In this document: in pieces, positions 37,901-45,783 of the stretch
Position numbering within the stretch: the stretch's first letter is position 1
How the letters are laid out: every line of letters starts with the position of its first letter
Origin: Marinagarivorans sp.
GTDB taxonomy: Bacteria; Pseudomonadota; Gammaproteobacteria; Pseudomonadales; Cellvibrionaceae
Direction of reading: 5' to 3'
DNA: 60,354 nt
Assembly: GCA_028281865.1 (NCBI GenBank)
Contig: JANQJB010000068.1
Location: 1 to 60,354, forward strand
Notes under the pieces: generated by a model
Seen by the model: only the letters and a program-made list of their open reading frames with translations
Told to the model about the DNA's origin: nothing
Database searches by the model: none
Made by a program: the position numbers and the translations under genes

Positions 37901-38348
37901 CCGGAACAGTTTCGACCAATTTTTCCTGAGCCCAATCAATAAAATACAATTGATTTAAAGCCTCCCGCCCTTTTTTATTATCCCCGCCTTTAGTATCGCC
38001 ACCGACGACGACATACCGCTCTTTTTTGTCAAGCGCAATTGCATGTAACAAGCCGTCATTTGTGCCTGCGCTGGGAACAAACAAGGTTTTTATTAGCTCT
38101 TCAGATTCGATATCGCGAATTTTTATTCTCTTGTCAACTCCGGCCGAAAAAATAAGCGGATTGACTTTTCCTGCAACAACAACCGGATTCTTACGCTGGT
38201 GAAAAGGTAAATCCAAAGTCAAAGCCCATTCGCCGTTGCGCTGCACGCTCGCTGAGTTGGCGAAAGCTCCATGCATATGAATGTGTATGGCAACAATAAA
38301 TAAAGTAAATTTTAAAACGGTCAATAGGCCTAGCTGCATACTAATCAA
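34971..38348 (-). CDS. Periplasmic WD40/beta-propeller protein with a caspase-like (peptidase C14) domain, an orthocaspase
   Basis: 1125 aa. Signal peptide. WD40-like N-terminal half. Caspase segment LRVIAIGVNQYKS...NYAVNDAQAIASYF... with the His box FIAAHGVNDDFGNYYVLPSD and the Cys box RLLILDTCHAGGARG. C-terminal extra domain. Confidence 0.8.
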   Translation of the reverse strand: MISMQLGLLTVLKFTLFIVAIHIHMHGAFANSASVQRNGEWALTLDLPFHQRKNPVVVAGKVNPLIFSAGVDKRIKIRDIESEELIKTLFVPSAGTNDGLLHAIALDKKERYVVVGGDTKGGDNKKGREALNQLYFIDWAQEKLVETVPVSEGTIVDVSLSGNGKFAVTVSGKEPQMGAAYRDERTVTLLQLNSGDKIFNKELKGLRYSSFIDNNYFLSISYRQKNNKALVCFELFSTSGSLASEYCTSKLAGFMNRPRVRVDEKRKEIQLFFAGQVGGRKPYILKYPKLRGVSSKAKIKLPSSVLAELNWVGKQWSTDRQPYLNAPNSMKVHKDGAVIDLVRFNAMKPSFTEAYELDEMPILDVLRFDLLQRTLTHLKAEDLSYTPDGPSYPLSFSDKCKINKTKNRPYLTVKPLPANFCLGYEPDFNLGIMEIALANKTGRLLWRKKLENIIVSAGLSQNKRTLVLLFSSGAMEWRNVKTGDLVLSAYFSQDGSNWVVWDESGYFDATVDFERSIGWLEQEFVGLPRFYSAYQFERFGYSPDKIDIAVKGISKSVPPSGNTLRGIKLPKVVIDQHESKFTSVDSEALLRFQVDPGGTANNSVSVFVNDIPVFSDKNTFKNSKNFSASVPMVYGKNVIHIESLNNHGMGYSKTIVYNKDKTGDKKNKKNGKLRVIAIGVNQYKSLSDKSFTLNYAVNDAQAIASYFQGLTEIYDSVEVIELNDDSRLKPIKANILRALKRLEASDHNDTNIVFIAAHGVNDDFGNYYVLPSDMRDDDLVAMQTKNQASGALLSWKELHSSLSKVLGKRLLILDTCHAGGARGTFSPRSLSYKSASSSYAILAASGEGEYSQELDDKKHGLFTYALLNSLNAEADINRDEIVELEEVFLKTKELTAQFTDGLPNSQTPLLLANRAVRKLPVFQGVNQSEDLVAQLNDILSKRKPFKITLRFRDGRKHSSSVKEFNDQFRYGTGSCHLDYLFKNNLEDQHFVNSYQLKLKDLKRPVEILDREAFKQVTFNTLVIENTAMNATVKEMMKSQMLAQQYDYVGDKFWAVVFKYRNPSQSFLMRSWVATSKKMEMDDWEEVLSTKGYVQKNTYMATSFKHKKEAQNFLNTMNKLIDRCQF

Positions 38349-39315
38349 GCTCGCGACGCAAATACTCTAAATGTTCCCTCGCCATCCATTTTGTACTCTC
38401 AAAAGGCGATGACTGGCTCAACAACAGACTGCGCTCGGCATATTCCAAGCTCTCGTCCTTTTTACCCCGATATTCCGCAATCTTTGATAACAGGAGCTCC
38501 CTTTGAACGCCATATTCATCGCTCAGCTTTTTAAGATTGTTTTCCGCTTCAACTAAGTATTTTTGATGAATTAATTCACTGGACTCAATTAAAGTTTGCA
38601 ATGTTTTATTGTCATTGCGGATTGTTTCGTCCCGCCAGCTTTTTAAGGGGTTGTCCGAGGAAATACGAATATTCATCCAGTTTGTTCGCTGCTGCGAACA
38701 AGGTGTTTGGCTGGGGCTATTACACAGTAACACACGATATTTAAGGTCGGGCTGTGTAATTGTTTTAGAGAGGTCAAACTCACCACCGGTAATTCCCTTT
38801 ATTTTTCGATCGACCCGAGGCACATCCGACATCGTGTCAAAGAGATAAAGATCGACAGGGCTTTGGGGGATCCATTTAAGTAGCGGTGCCGCTAAAAAAC
38901 GTTGCTGATAGGTAGGCGATGTAATCACCACACCTTGGTTAAGTGAGCCTGTTTCACCTCGAAAACGGCGAGCGGTCCACTTCGGAAAAGCTGAAGGAAG
39001 GCACACTTCATTGGGGTTTTGCCTTGGTGATAAATATTCCACCCGCCTTTCTTTATTGCCACAGACTATAGCAATAGAGGCTTTTTTTGATGCATCGCTT
39101 AAACGCCAGTGAGCTGGCATAAGGTCTCCCGGTTTTACCGGCAAGCTAGTTTTTTTAGCGCCAAACCGTTGGTTCACCTTTGGACTGCCTTTTACGGCAT
39201 ACACCACATAGTATTTCTGCGTAATAACTTCTTGCGCTGCCTCAACCATTGGAACAGCAAAAACAAAGCCAGCAAAAATGTGTAAAAACTTACTCTTGTT
39301 CAACAACCCACCCAT
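38341..39315 (-). CDS. Secreted/periplasmic protein of unknown function with a helical C-terminal region
   Basis: Signal peptide MGGLLNKSKFLHIFAGFVFAVPMVEAAQE. The track ORF starts at 39366 and overlaps the upstream gene. The internal Met at 39315 is the likely start. Confidence 0.5.
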   Translation of the reverse strand: MGGLLNKSKFLHIFAGFVFAVPMVEAAQEVITQKYYVVYAVKGSPKVNQRFGAKKTSLPVKPGDLMPAHWRLSDASKKASIAIVCGNKERRVEYLSPRQNPNEVCLPSAFPKWTARRFRGETGSLNQGVVITSPTYQQRFLAAPLLKWIPQSPVDLYLFDTMSDVPRVDRKIKGITGGEFDLSKTITQPDLKYRVLLCNSPSQTPCSQQRTNWMNIRISSDNPLKSWRDETIRNDNKTLQTLIESSELIHQKYLVEAENNLKKLSDEYGVQRELLLSKIAEYRGKKDESLEYAERSLLLSQSSPFESTKWMAREHLEYLRRELD

Positions 39316-40312
39316 ACCATGCTCTTTCAAGAAAAGGTTTCGCCTCACCGTAATGAAACTGCTCACAAACAGTAGCCTCGCGTTGATAATTTATATTGAG
39401 GTTTTGCAGAAGCATGGCAGTAAGGCAATTCTTGTAATAGGCGTGACGATTTGGTTTTACTCCTACTGAAAATTGCTGTAATTGCGCCAGCGATACTTCG
39501 GCTTTTTTATTGTGGCCCGACTCCAACTCGGCCCAAATCAAATTCTTCAATACAGTTAGCTTCTGCTCATTGGTTAAATTTTGAAAAGCCTCGGTATTGA
39601 CAACGGATTCAAGCCGAATGCGCGCGGAATCCGCCCGCCCGTGTACAATTTCCAACCAAGAGAGGTCGTTTATCGCTTCAAGATTAAACGGCTTTTTACT
39701 CAACACTTGTTTGTATAAAGCCATTGCTCGCTCAGGCTCGGTTTCTTGCAGTAACGAAGCCTGCTGCAAAATCTTGTCTTCGTCGGGAAGCGCGATTAAC
39801 ACAATCAGCAGAAGCGCTAAAATGCCCACTGCAAGCGTCGAAGCGGCAATATAGAAAGTGCGGGAGCTGCGGACAACCGAAGAAAGCTTGTCTTCGCCCA
39901 GGTTTTGAGCACATTCATTTTCACGAGAAACTGGGTGCTCGCTTTCCTCTGATGGCTCAGGCGAACTCTTTTCACGAACATCGAAGAACAGCGCAAACTT
40001 GTCAGGGTGACAAGACTTCACCCACTGCCAAAAGCTTTGCTCCGTCTCACTGAGAGCTTTAAGCAATTTGCGGCAGTTATCAATTCTAAAGTTTGAATCG
40101 GAGTTTAGGCTCTCGTAACGCTTAACCGTTTTATCGCTGACAATAGCTTTTTCCGCCAGCCTCTCAATTGATAACGAAGGCTCATGTAGCTCGCGTTTCT
40201 GTCTTATATACGTTTTGAAAAGCCATTTGAATTCCGGGTCAGAAAGATGCTTTTTTTCAATATTTATTGTCTGATCATTCGCAAAATCGCCCTGGTCTAA
40301 GCTTTGCCCCAT
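39290..40312 (-). CDS. Membrane-anchored XRE-type HTH regulator with one TM segment and a periplasmic TPR-like domain
   Basis: 340 aa. N-terminal HTH-like segment LSIERLAEKAIVSDKTVKRYE. TM segment TFYIAASTLAVGILALLLIVLIAL. Periplasmic helical repeats. Confidence 0.5.
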   Translation of the reverse strand: MGQSLDQGDFANDQTINIEKKHLSDPEFKWLFKTYIRQKRELHEPSLSIERLAEKAIVSDKTVKRYESLNSDSNFRIDNCRKLLKALSETEQSFWQWVKSCHPDKFALFFDVREKSSPEPSEESEHPVSRENECAQNLGEDKLSSVVRSSRTFYIAASTLAVGILALLLIVLIALPDEDKILQQASLLQETEPERAMALYKQVLSKKPFNLEAINDLSWLEIVHGRADSARIRLESVVNTEAFQNLTNEQKLTVLKNLIWAELESGHNKKAEVSLAQLQQFSVGVKPNRHAYYKNCLTAMLLQNLNINYQREATVCEQFHYGEAKPFLERAWYGWVVEQE

Positions 40313-40492
40313 TTAATAACCCCTTCTGACCCGCAAAAGTCCCGATATTACCCGGTAAAGACCCTTTGCTGGGCTGTTTACAACAATCTCCGGCCTCTAA
40401 GCTTTTTCTCGTGAAAGCAATTTGACACTTGCTCAACGCAGCAACGATTTGCCAATAAAGCCAATTTGTTAAAAAGCTAGGAGGATATGAAC

Positions 40493-41044
40493 ATGCTAAT
40501 GCGGCAACAATATCAAAAACGCATTTACCTCTCTACTACTAAGAAAGAGCTGGATAAGATTGTGGCGTTTAGAAAGCAACATTACAAAAGCATATATCCA
40601 ACGATGAACCTAGATACGGAACCGTTGGATTTCTTCAGCCTAAATTTTTATTCGCAAGATTCCAATAACGATAGCGTAACGGGGGTTGCAAGGCTCGCGT
40701 TGGAAACCCCGTTCGGTTTTCCACAAGATCCCTATCTAGCGGAATATAGGAAAGGAAAGCGCTTAATGGAATTCGGTCGGTTCATTGTTCAACCCAGTAA
40801 CTCTGCATTACTGAAAAACTTTTACGCGGTCATTTATGAATGCGCTAGGGAGCTCGGTTACAACGCAATCATTATGGCAATGAAACCAAAAGACATACCT
40901 TTTCACAAGCGCCTAATGGACCTTCAAGTTATCAGTCAAGATACTGGAGTGAGCTACGGTGGCGCCATCTCCCTAAGCTGCGTCTCTTGGGAACTCGACA
41001 GAACAACACAGAAATTTTTTGCATGGGCGGGGGTAAACAAATGA
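40493..41044 (+). CDS. LuxI-like/GNAT-fold acyl-homoserine-lactone or N-acyl-amino-acid synthase candidate
   Basis: About 183 aa. Size and the EFGRFIV motif (compare the LuxI E-x-S-R-F motif) and the VAFRKQHY region suggest a LuxI-like fold. AGGAGG SD at 40479-40484. The track start 40487 is too close to the SD, so 40493 is the more likely start. Confidence 0.45.
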   Translation: MLMRQQYQKRIYLSTTKKELDKIVAFRKQHYKSIYPTMNLDTEPLDFFSLNFYSQDSNNDSVTGVARLALETPFGFPQDPYLAEYRKGKRLMEFGRFIVQPSNSALLKNFYAVIYECARELGYNAIIMAMKPKDIPFHKRLMDLQVISQDTGVSYGGAISLSCVSWELDRTTQKFFAWAGVNK

Positions 41045-41730
41045 AAGACTTCGATAATCGTACAATATATGAGCTATTCACATTTTTTATTCGGCAACCT
41101 TGCTGGAACGGATATGCAGATTCATTTCATGCTGTTACACCTTCCGCATTGCAAGAACTTAATAGAGAGGCGGCCAGCTGGCTTTTTGGTGAGGTTGCCG
41201 ACTTAGGTTGCGGGGCAGGCAAGCAAATTCCTTGCGTCAGTGAAAACCAGAAGGTGACTCGTTACACCGGGGTCGATATGTCAAAGAAAATGACCAAAAA
41301 GGCTCGTTGGATGGCGAGACAATTCCCGCATATCGAAGCACAAATTATTACAGACCGCATCGAAAACGTTTCCTTCGGGCCAGTTGATTCAATTGTATCT
41401 ATCAACAGTTACTATAGCTGGCCAAAGCCTGAAATGATTTTGTCGCACGCCAATCGCAACTTAAAGGAGAACGGCGTGTTCGTGCTTGCAACAGTCAACA
41501 ATCAACTTAACATGGAACGGCTCCTTAAAACAGCAAAGGCCGATTTGATTTCTCACCCCAATTGGTTTGAGTATGTAAAATACAATCTCAAAATTTGCAA
41601 AAACCCAAACTACAGATTTGTAAGTCTTGACACGCTAATAAGGCAAGTTCAGACTCACGGGTTTGAAGTTCTCGATGCCCATACTCGCTTTTATCAAGGT
41701 GGATTGAGTTTTCTTGTTCTGAAAAAATAA
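41041..41730 (+). CDS. Class I SAM-dependent methyltransferase
   Basis: Motif I VADLGCGAGK. Its start codon overlaps the stop of the upstream synthase gene (ATGA at 41041-41044), which suggests translational coupling. The track ORF begins at 40987. MKDFDN at 41041 is the likely start. Confidence 0.7.
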   Translation: MKDFDNRTIYELFTFFIRQPCWNGYADSFHAVTPSALQELNREAASWLFGEVADLGCGAGKQIPCVSENQKVTRYTGVDMSKKMTKKARWMARQFPHIEAQIITDRIENVSFGPVDSIVSINSYYSWPKPEMILSHANRNLKENGVFVLATVNNQLNMERLLKTAKADLISHPNWFEYVKYNLKICKNPNYRFVSLDTLIRQVQTHGFEVLDAHTRFYQGGLSFLVLKK

Positions 41731-41862
41731 ACATCTTAATTGAGCATCTGCTTAAATTTATTCGATGGTAGGAAAACGGTTAATCGCGTTGGCCTCTAGT
41801 TAAATGTCCGGCGCTGACTTACCGTTTTCCATTCTCCCAAACGTGATTTATAAGAGTAAAAT

Positions 41863-42666
41863 ATGCCTAACAGAAATTCACGCAGAATACTTGGAGAATT
41901 TGCCCATAAACTGTTTGAGTCCTCTTCTTTTGATCAAGCATTTTCAGCGTATCAAGAGCATGTGTTTCAGCTCAATTTTGAGGGCGTATTATACACCTAT
42001 ATCCCTCGCCCACTTGTCGAGAGTAACTTTCATCAAAAACCTGTATATATCGTTTCAAATTCCTATAGCCCTGAATACTTAACACATTACGCCGAAGCAC
42101 GATTTGAAAAATATGACCCCCTTATAAAAGCAGTAAATTCTAACGTTTCCGAAGTCGTGGATTGGCACGGCGATATCTGCGAGCATTTCCAAGGCGATGA
42201 TCCGAAGAGCAAAGAAGTCATTGAAACATCAAGACTCTACGGCATTACCAACGGTTTGACTATTCCAACAATGAACGACAGAAGAGCCTTATCTGGAGCA
42301 AGCTTTATTTCCTCAGAAAGTCATCATTATCAGACCTTACTAAGAGAGAATTCTGGGCTATTAGCATCAATTACTAAAATCTTTCATGCTCTTGTTGCAT
42401 CCGATGCAATATTTCATTCCAAGACTTTTATTAAGCCATTGTTTTCGTCGCTAAGCGAAAAAGAGTTACGCCTTCTCAAATATTTGGCTGAAGGCAAAGC
42501 ACCCTGCCAAATTGAGGGTGAACTGGGCTGTAGTGCAAAATATATTGAACAACTTATGCTCAGCCTGCGCCGAAAAGTATCAGGGTTCACTTCCGAACCC
42601 CAAAAAACGATCAATAGGAACCAGCTTTTATATTATGCTGGCCTATTGAATTTTATGGATACCTAA
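41863..42666 (+). CDS. LuxR-family regulator with an N-terminal autoinducer-binding-like domain and a C-terminal HTH
   Basis: 267 aa. N-domain pattern YLTHYAEARFEKYDPLIKAV...VVDWHGD (the Y...Y...D-DP...W pattern of the autoinducer-binding domain). C-terminal HTH LSEKELRLLKYLAEGKAPCQIEGELGCSAKYIEQLMLSLRRKV. Confidence 0.75.
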   Translation: MPNRNSRRILGEFAHKLFESSSFDQAFSAYQEHVFQLNFEGVLYTYIPRPLVESNFHQKPVYIVSNSYSPEYLTHYAEARFEKYDPLIKAVNSNVSEVVDWHGDICEHFQGDDPKSKEVIETSRLYGITNGLTIPTMNDRRALSGASFISSESHHYQTLLRENSGLLASITKIFHALVASDAIFHSKTFIKPLFSSLSEKELRLLKYLAEGKAPCQIEGELGCSAKYIEQLMLSLRRKVSGFTSEPQKTINRNQLLYYAGLLNFMDT

Positions 42667-42736
42667 AATGCGGCTACTTGGTAATTCCTTTATCCCGATT
42701 TGCAGGCAACTTTAGAACACAAACATAAATGCCTTG

Positions 42737-43129
42737 TTAGATTACAAACATCACTGCCTTGTACGACAAATAAAACACTAAGCATGTTACAAGGGTAAAT
42801 ATCCAAGCCACAACTAAACTAAACAATCTTTTTGTATTGATCAGCAACTTTTTAAAAAAGCCCGCCCCAGGCTTTGGCTTTTCGGTTATGGATATAAAAT
42901 ATTGCTTAACACCAAGCATAGTAAGAAACCATAAAGGAAACACAGCCACAGCGAGTTCTTGTTTAGGATCTACTATTTGTTGATTTGATATAAATACGTA
43001 AATACAAAATACTAACGACAGAAAAAAACAAATCCATATTAATACGGAGATTTTCTCAAGTCTTTGTGCAATTTTGTTGTATAGCTGTATCATTGTTAAT
43101 TTTGCTTTTTTGTTAAAGTCAAAACCCAA
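42737..43129 (-). CDS. Small integral membrane protein, unknown function
   Basis: 130 aa with three predicted TM segments and no recognisable motif. Confidence 0.35.
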   Translation of the reverse strand: MGFDFNKKAKLTMIQLYNKIAQRLEKISVLIWICFFLSLVFCIYVFISNQQIVDPKQELAVAVFPLWFLTMLGVKQYFISITEKPKPGAGFFKKLLINTKRLFSLVVAWIFTLVTCLVFYLSYKAVMFVI

Positions 43130-43242
43130 AAACAGATCATACTGGATTTCGATAAAGCACCGTTAGTGTAAGAAAACCTCAAAAGCCTTAAATTCAAGTG
43201 CTAAAATAGGGCTGCGCTGGCAAGAACCTATTAGCAGTAACG

Positions 43243-44160
43243 CTATCTAAATCCTGGGATACAGCTAAATTCGTTAATGATTAGCTGTGTAAAAGCTCTC
43301 AGCCGCAAAGGTTGGTAGCGTGCTGGAAGATACGCAATATGAACATCTAAAGCGGGCGCTTGCCATTTGGGCAAAAGATTAATCAATTGCTTATTACTCA
43401 ATTCGTCATCAATGAACCACTTTGGCATCACGGCCATTCCAAGCCCCATCATAACTAATTCCTTTAGTGCAAAAATATTATTGGTAGTGGTTTTTAGCGC
43501 AGGTTTTAAGTAAACCGTTTTCCCCCGTGTATTCGAGAGAGGAATGTTGCCTCCCTCAAAAGGTGACAAGCCTATAGCGTCGTAAGTTTTGACTTGCGAC
43601 AGATTTTTGGGCATACCTCTTTTATCGACAAAACCTTTTGACGCCACGAGTATGCGCTCCACAGAGCCCAGCTTTTTGACGACGAGCGTATCATCCGGCA
43701 CTGGTCCAACTTTTATCCAACAATCACAGCCTATTTCGCTAAACCGTATAGCGCGATCCTCAAGCTCCCAATTCACCGATACCAACGGATAATCAAGCTG
43801 AAACTTAGCCAAAATTCTTGCGAGATGGACTTGCCCTAATGCGACCGGTGCAATGACTTTTAACTTGCCTTGAATTGTTTGTTCTGTGTTGGTGTGTTTT
43901 TCTTTTAAGGTTTCCCAAGCGTCCAGCATCGCTCTAGCATCTTTCAACAACTCGGCTCCTGATTCCGTCAATGCCAAGCCATGAGTATTCCGGCGCACCA
44001 GCTGAGACTTCAAACGCTCTTCCAACTCGGCCAAATGACGGCTGGCGGAGGGCTGTGTTATTCCCAAGTCTTTTGCCGCGGCACTGATACTGCCCGCATC
44101 AACAATGCGGACGAAGGTATGCAATAGGGTTAAACGATCTAGCGGCTTACTCATACGCAA
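43243..44160 (-). CDS. LysR-family transcriptional regulator
   Basis: 305 aa. N-terminal wHTH LTLLHTFVRIVDAGSISAAAKDLGITQPSASRHLAELEERL and a LysR substrate-binding domain. Divergent from the aldo-keto reductase gene. Confidence 0.9.
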   Translation of the reverse strand: MRMSKPLDRLTLLHTFVRIVDAGSISAAAKDLGITQPSASRHLAELEERLKSQLVRRNTHGLALTESGAELLKDARAMLDAWETLKEKHTNTEQTIQGKLKVIAPVALGQVHLARILAKFQLDYPLVSVNWELEDRAIRFSEIGCDCWIKVGPVPDDTLVVKKLGSVERILVASKGFVDKRGMPKNLSQVKTYDAIGLSPFEGGNIPLSNTRGKTVYLKPALKTTTNNIFALKELVMMGLGMAVMPKWFIDDELSNKQLINLLPKWQAPALDVHIAYLPARYQPLRLRAFTQLIINEFSCIPGFR

Positions 44161-44167
44161 TATGTAT
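44153..44167. promoter_or_regulatory. LysR-type T-N11-A box (ATAC-N7-GTAT) in the divergent lysR/AKR promoter region
   Basis: ATACGCAATATGTAT with perfectly inverted ATAC/GTAT arms. It overlaps the lysR start region. Confidence 0.3.
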
Positions 44168-44263
44168 ATCAGATATTCACAGTATTCGTCTACCGAATTT
44201 TATAAAAATCGCCGATATTAGATTCAACACATTCATCTGAACCAAACACTTAGGAGAAAACAC

Positions 44264-45043
44264 ATGAACGCAATTAATCAGACATTCGCAATCGGCGGTG
44301 AACAGCATGTAAATCGACTCGGATATGGAGCGATGCGCCTTTCGGATCAGCCCGGTAACTTTGGCTCATACCCTAACTGGGAACAGGGCAAAATGCTGCT
44401 GCGTAAAGCAGTCGAGTTCGGTGTTCAATTTTTCGATTCTGCACGGGCCTACGGCCCGCAATGGGTCGATAAAATTATCGCTGATGCTCTTCATCCTTAT
44501 GCAGAAAACGTTTTTATTGCCACCAAAGGGGGCGTGGATAAATTCGCCCCTGACCGCATTGTCACCGATGGCAGACCAGCGACGATTACCGCTCAGATTG
44601 ATAGTGCCTTAGACAATCTTAAGACAGAACAAATTGACCTGTTCCAATTACATCGGGTCGACCCTAGGGTACCTATTGAAGAATCTGTTGGTGCTATCGA
44701 GCAGGCAAGAGAACAAGGGAAGCTTAGGTTTATTGGACTTTCTAATGTCAATAAAGACCAATTGGATCGCGCCTTGACAGCAGCGCCTATCGCCAGCGTG
44801 CAAAATCGCTTTAATCAGGCAGAAGCAGCCGATGCTGCGTTAGTGGACTACACCGCCGAACTCGGCATTGCTTATATTCCGTACGGCCCACTCGGAGCAC
44901 ATCCAATGCGGCAAGGAGCCTCTTTACCTACGCAGTCTGCTCTAGCCTGGCTCCTGCGCCGCTCACCTAATATCATCGTTATTCCCGGCACGACATCCAC
45001 CGAACACCTTAAACAGAATGCAGCAATCTGGCAAAACTTTTAG
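44264..45043 (+). CDS. Aldo-keto reductase family oxidoreductase
   Basis: 259 aa. LGYGAMRL...DSARAYG...LFQLHRVD motifs of the AKR family. Confidence 0.85.
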   Translation: MNAINQTFAIGGEQHVNRLGYGAMRLSDQPGNFGSYPNWEQGKMLLRKAVEFGVQFFDSARAYGPQWVDKIIADALHPYAENVFIATKGGVDKFAPDRIVTDGRPATITAQIDSALDNLKTEQIDLFQLHRVDPRVPIEESVGAIEQAREQGKLRFIGLSNVNKDQLDRALTAAPIASVQNRFNQAEAADAALVDYTAELGIAYIPYGPLGAHPMRQGASLPTQSALAWLLRRSPNIIVIPGTTSTEHLKQNAAIWQNF

Positions 45044-45068
45044 AAAATTAACCTGTTAATTTATTATT

Positions 45069-45308
45069 ATGAAAAGTCATCGCTTAAGATTCAGGGAAAC
45101 CATTATCAGCTGGTTAGTGGTTTACCCTCTAATTACCCTATTATTATGGTTACTAAACCCTGTTATTACTGCATGGCCATTACCCGCAAAAACATTTTTA
45201 CTGACCGTTTTGGTTGTACCTATTATGTCATTTTGGGCATTGCCGATGGCTTTTCGTGGATGTGAGCGGATAGAGGAAAAGTACTTTCGGGGAAACGCTC
45301 CATGCTAA
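45069..45308 (+). CDS. Small two-TM membrane protein
   Basis: 79 aa, two hydrophobic helices. Immediately downstream of the AKR gene. Confidence 0.35.
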   Translation: MKSHRLRFRETIISWLVVYPLITLLLWLLNPVITAWPLPAKTFLLTVLVVPIMSFWALPMAFRGCERIEEKYFRGNAPC

Positions 45309-45669
45309 TAGATTCCGTTAAAAAAAGAATGGAGACTGAATCATGGCATTTTTATTTTCATAACACCATGCAACAAATCTTGGCTTATTTATATCGGATG
45401 TAGCCGAACAATATATTGAGTTGGTAAAAAATTTTTTTGGCGCTAGCTAATGATCGTATTGAGATAAGGCATTCGATCAAGCTCTCTGAAAATCATCTAG
45501 CCAGCCTCCAATAGCCCTTTGATCAAATGATTTTCGCGTTCGGCGCAATCAATCAGATTCGTTGTATTAGAACTCAGATAACATTTCTAACATATATTCT
45601 TCATCAAACCTTAATAGAGCGACGATATAAATAATATTCAAATGAAACAGGGTCAAGGAGAGAAATCAT

Positions 45670-45774
45670 ATGCGTCTTAATTATTTGGCACTAACCAACA
45701 TTTTTCATTCTTCCCCCCTTTTATATTTATATCTTTTGTTTCTAGTTATATTTAAGACTTGGATAATTAAATGA
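45670..45774 (+). CDS. 34-codon hydrophobic leader ORF (MRLNYLALTNIFHSSPLLYLYLLFLVIFKTWIIK) with a strong SD, ending 9 nt before the giant gene start
   Basis: AGGAG at 45656-45660, 9 nt upstream of ATG 45670. The stop TGA at 45772-45774 overlaps the GAGG SD of the 45784 start. It is too short to appear in the ORF track. Confidence 0.3.
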   Translation: MRLNYLALTNIFHSSPLLYLYLLFLVIFKTWIIK

Positions 45775-45783
45775 GGTATCGCT

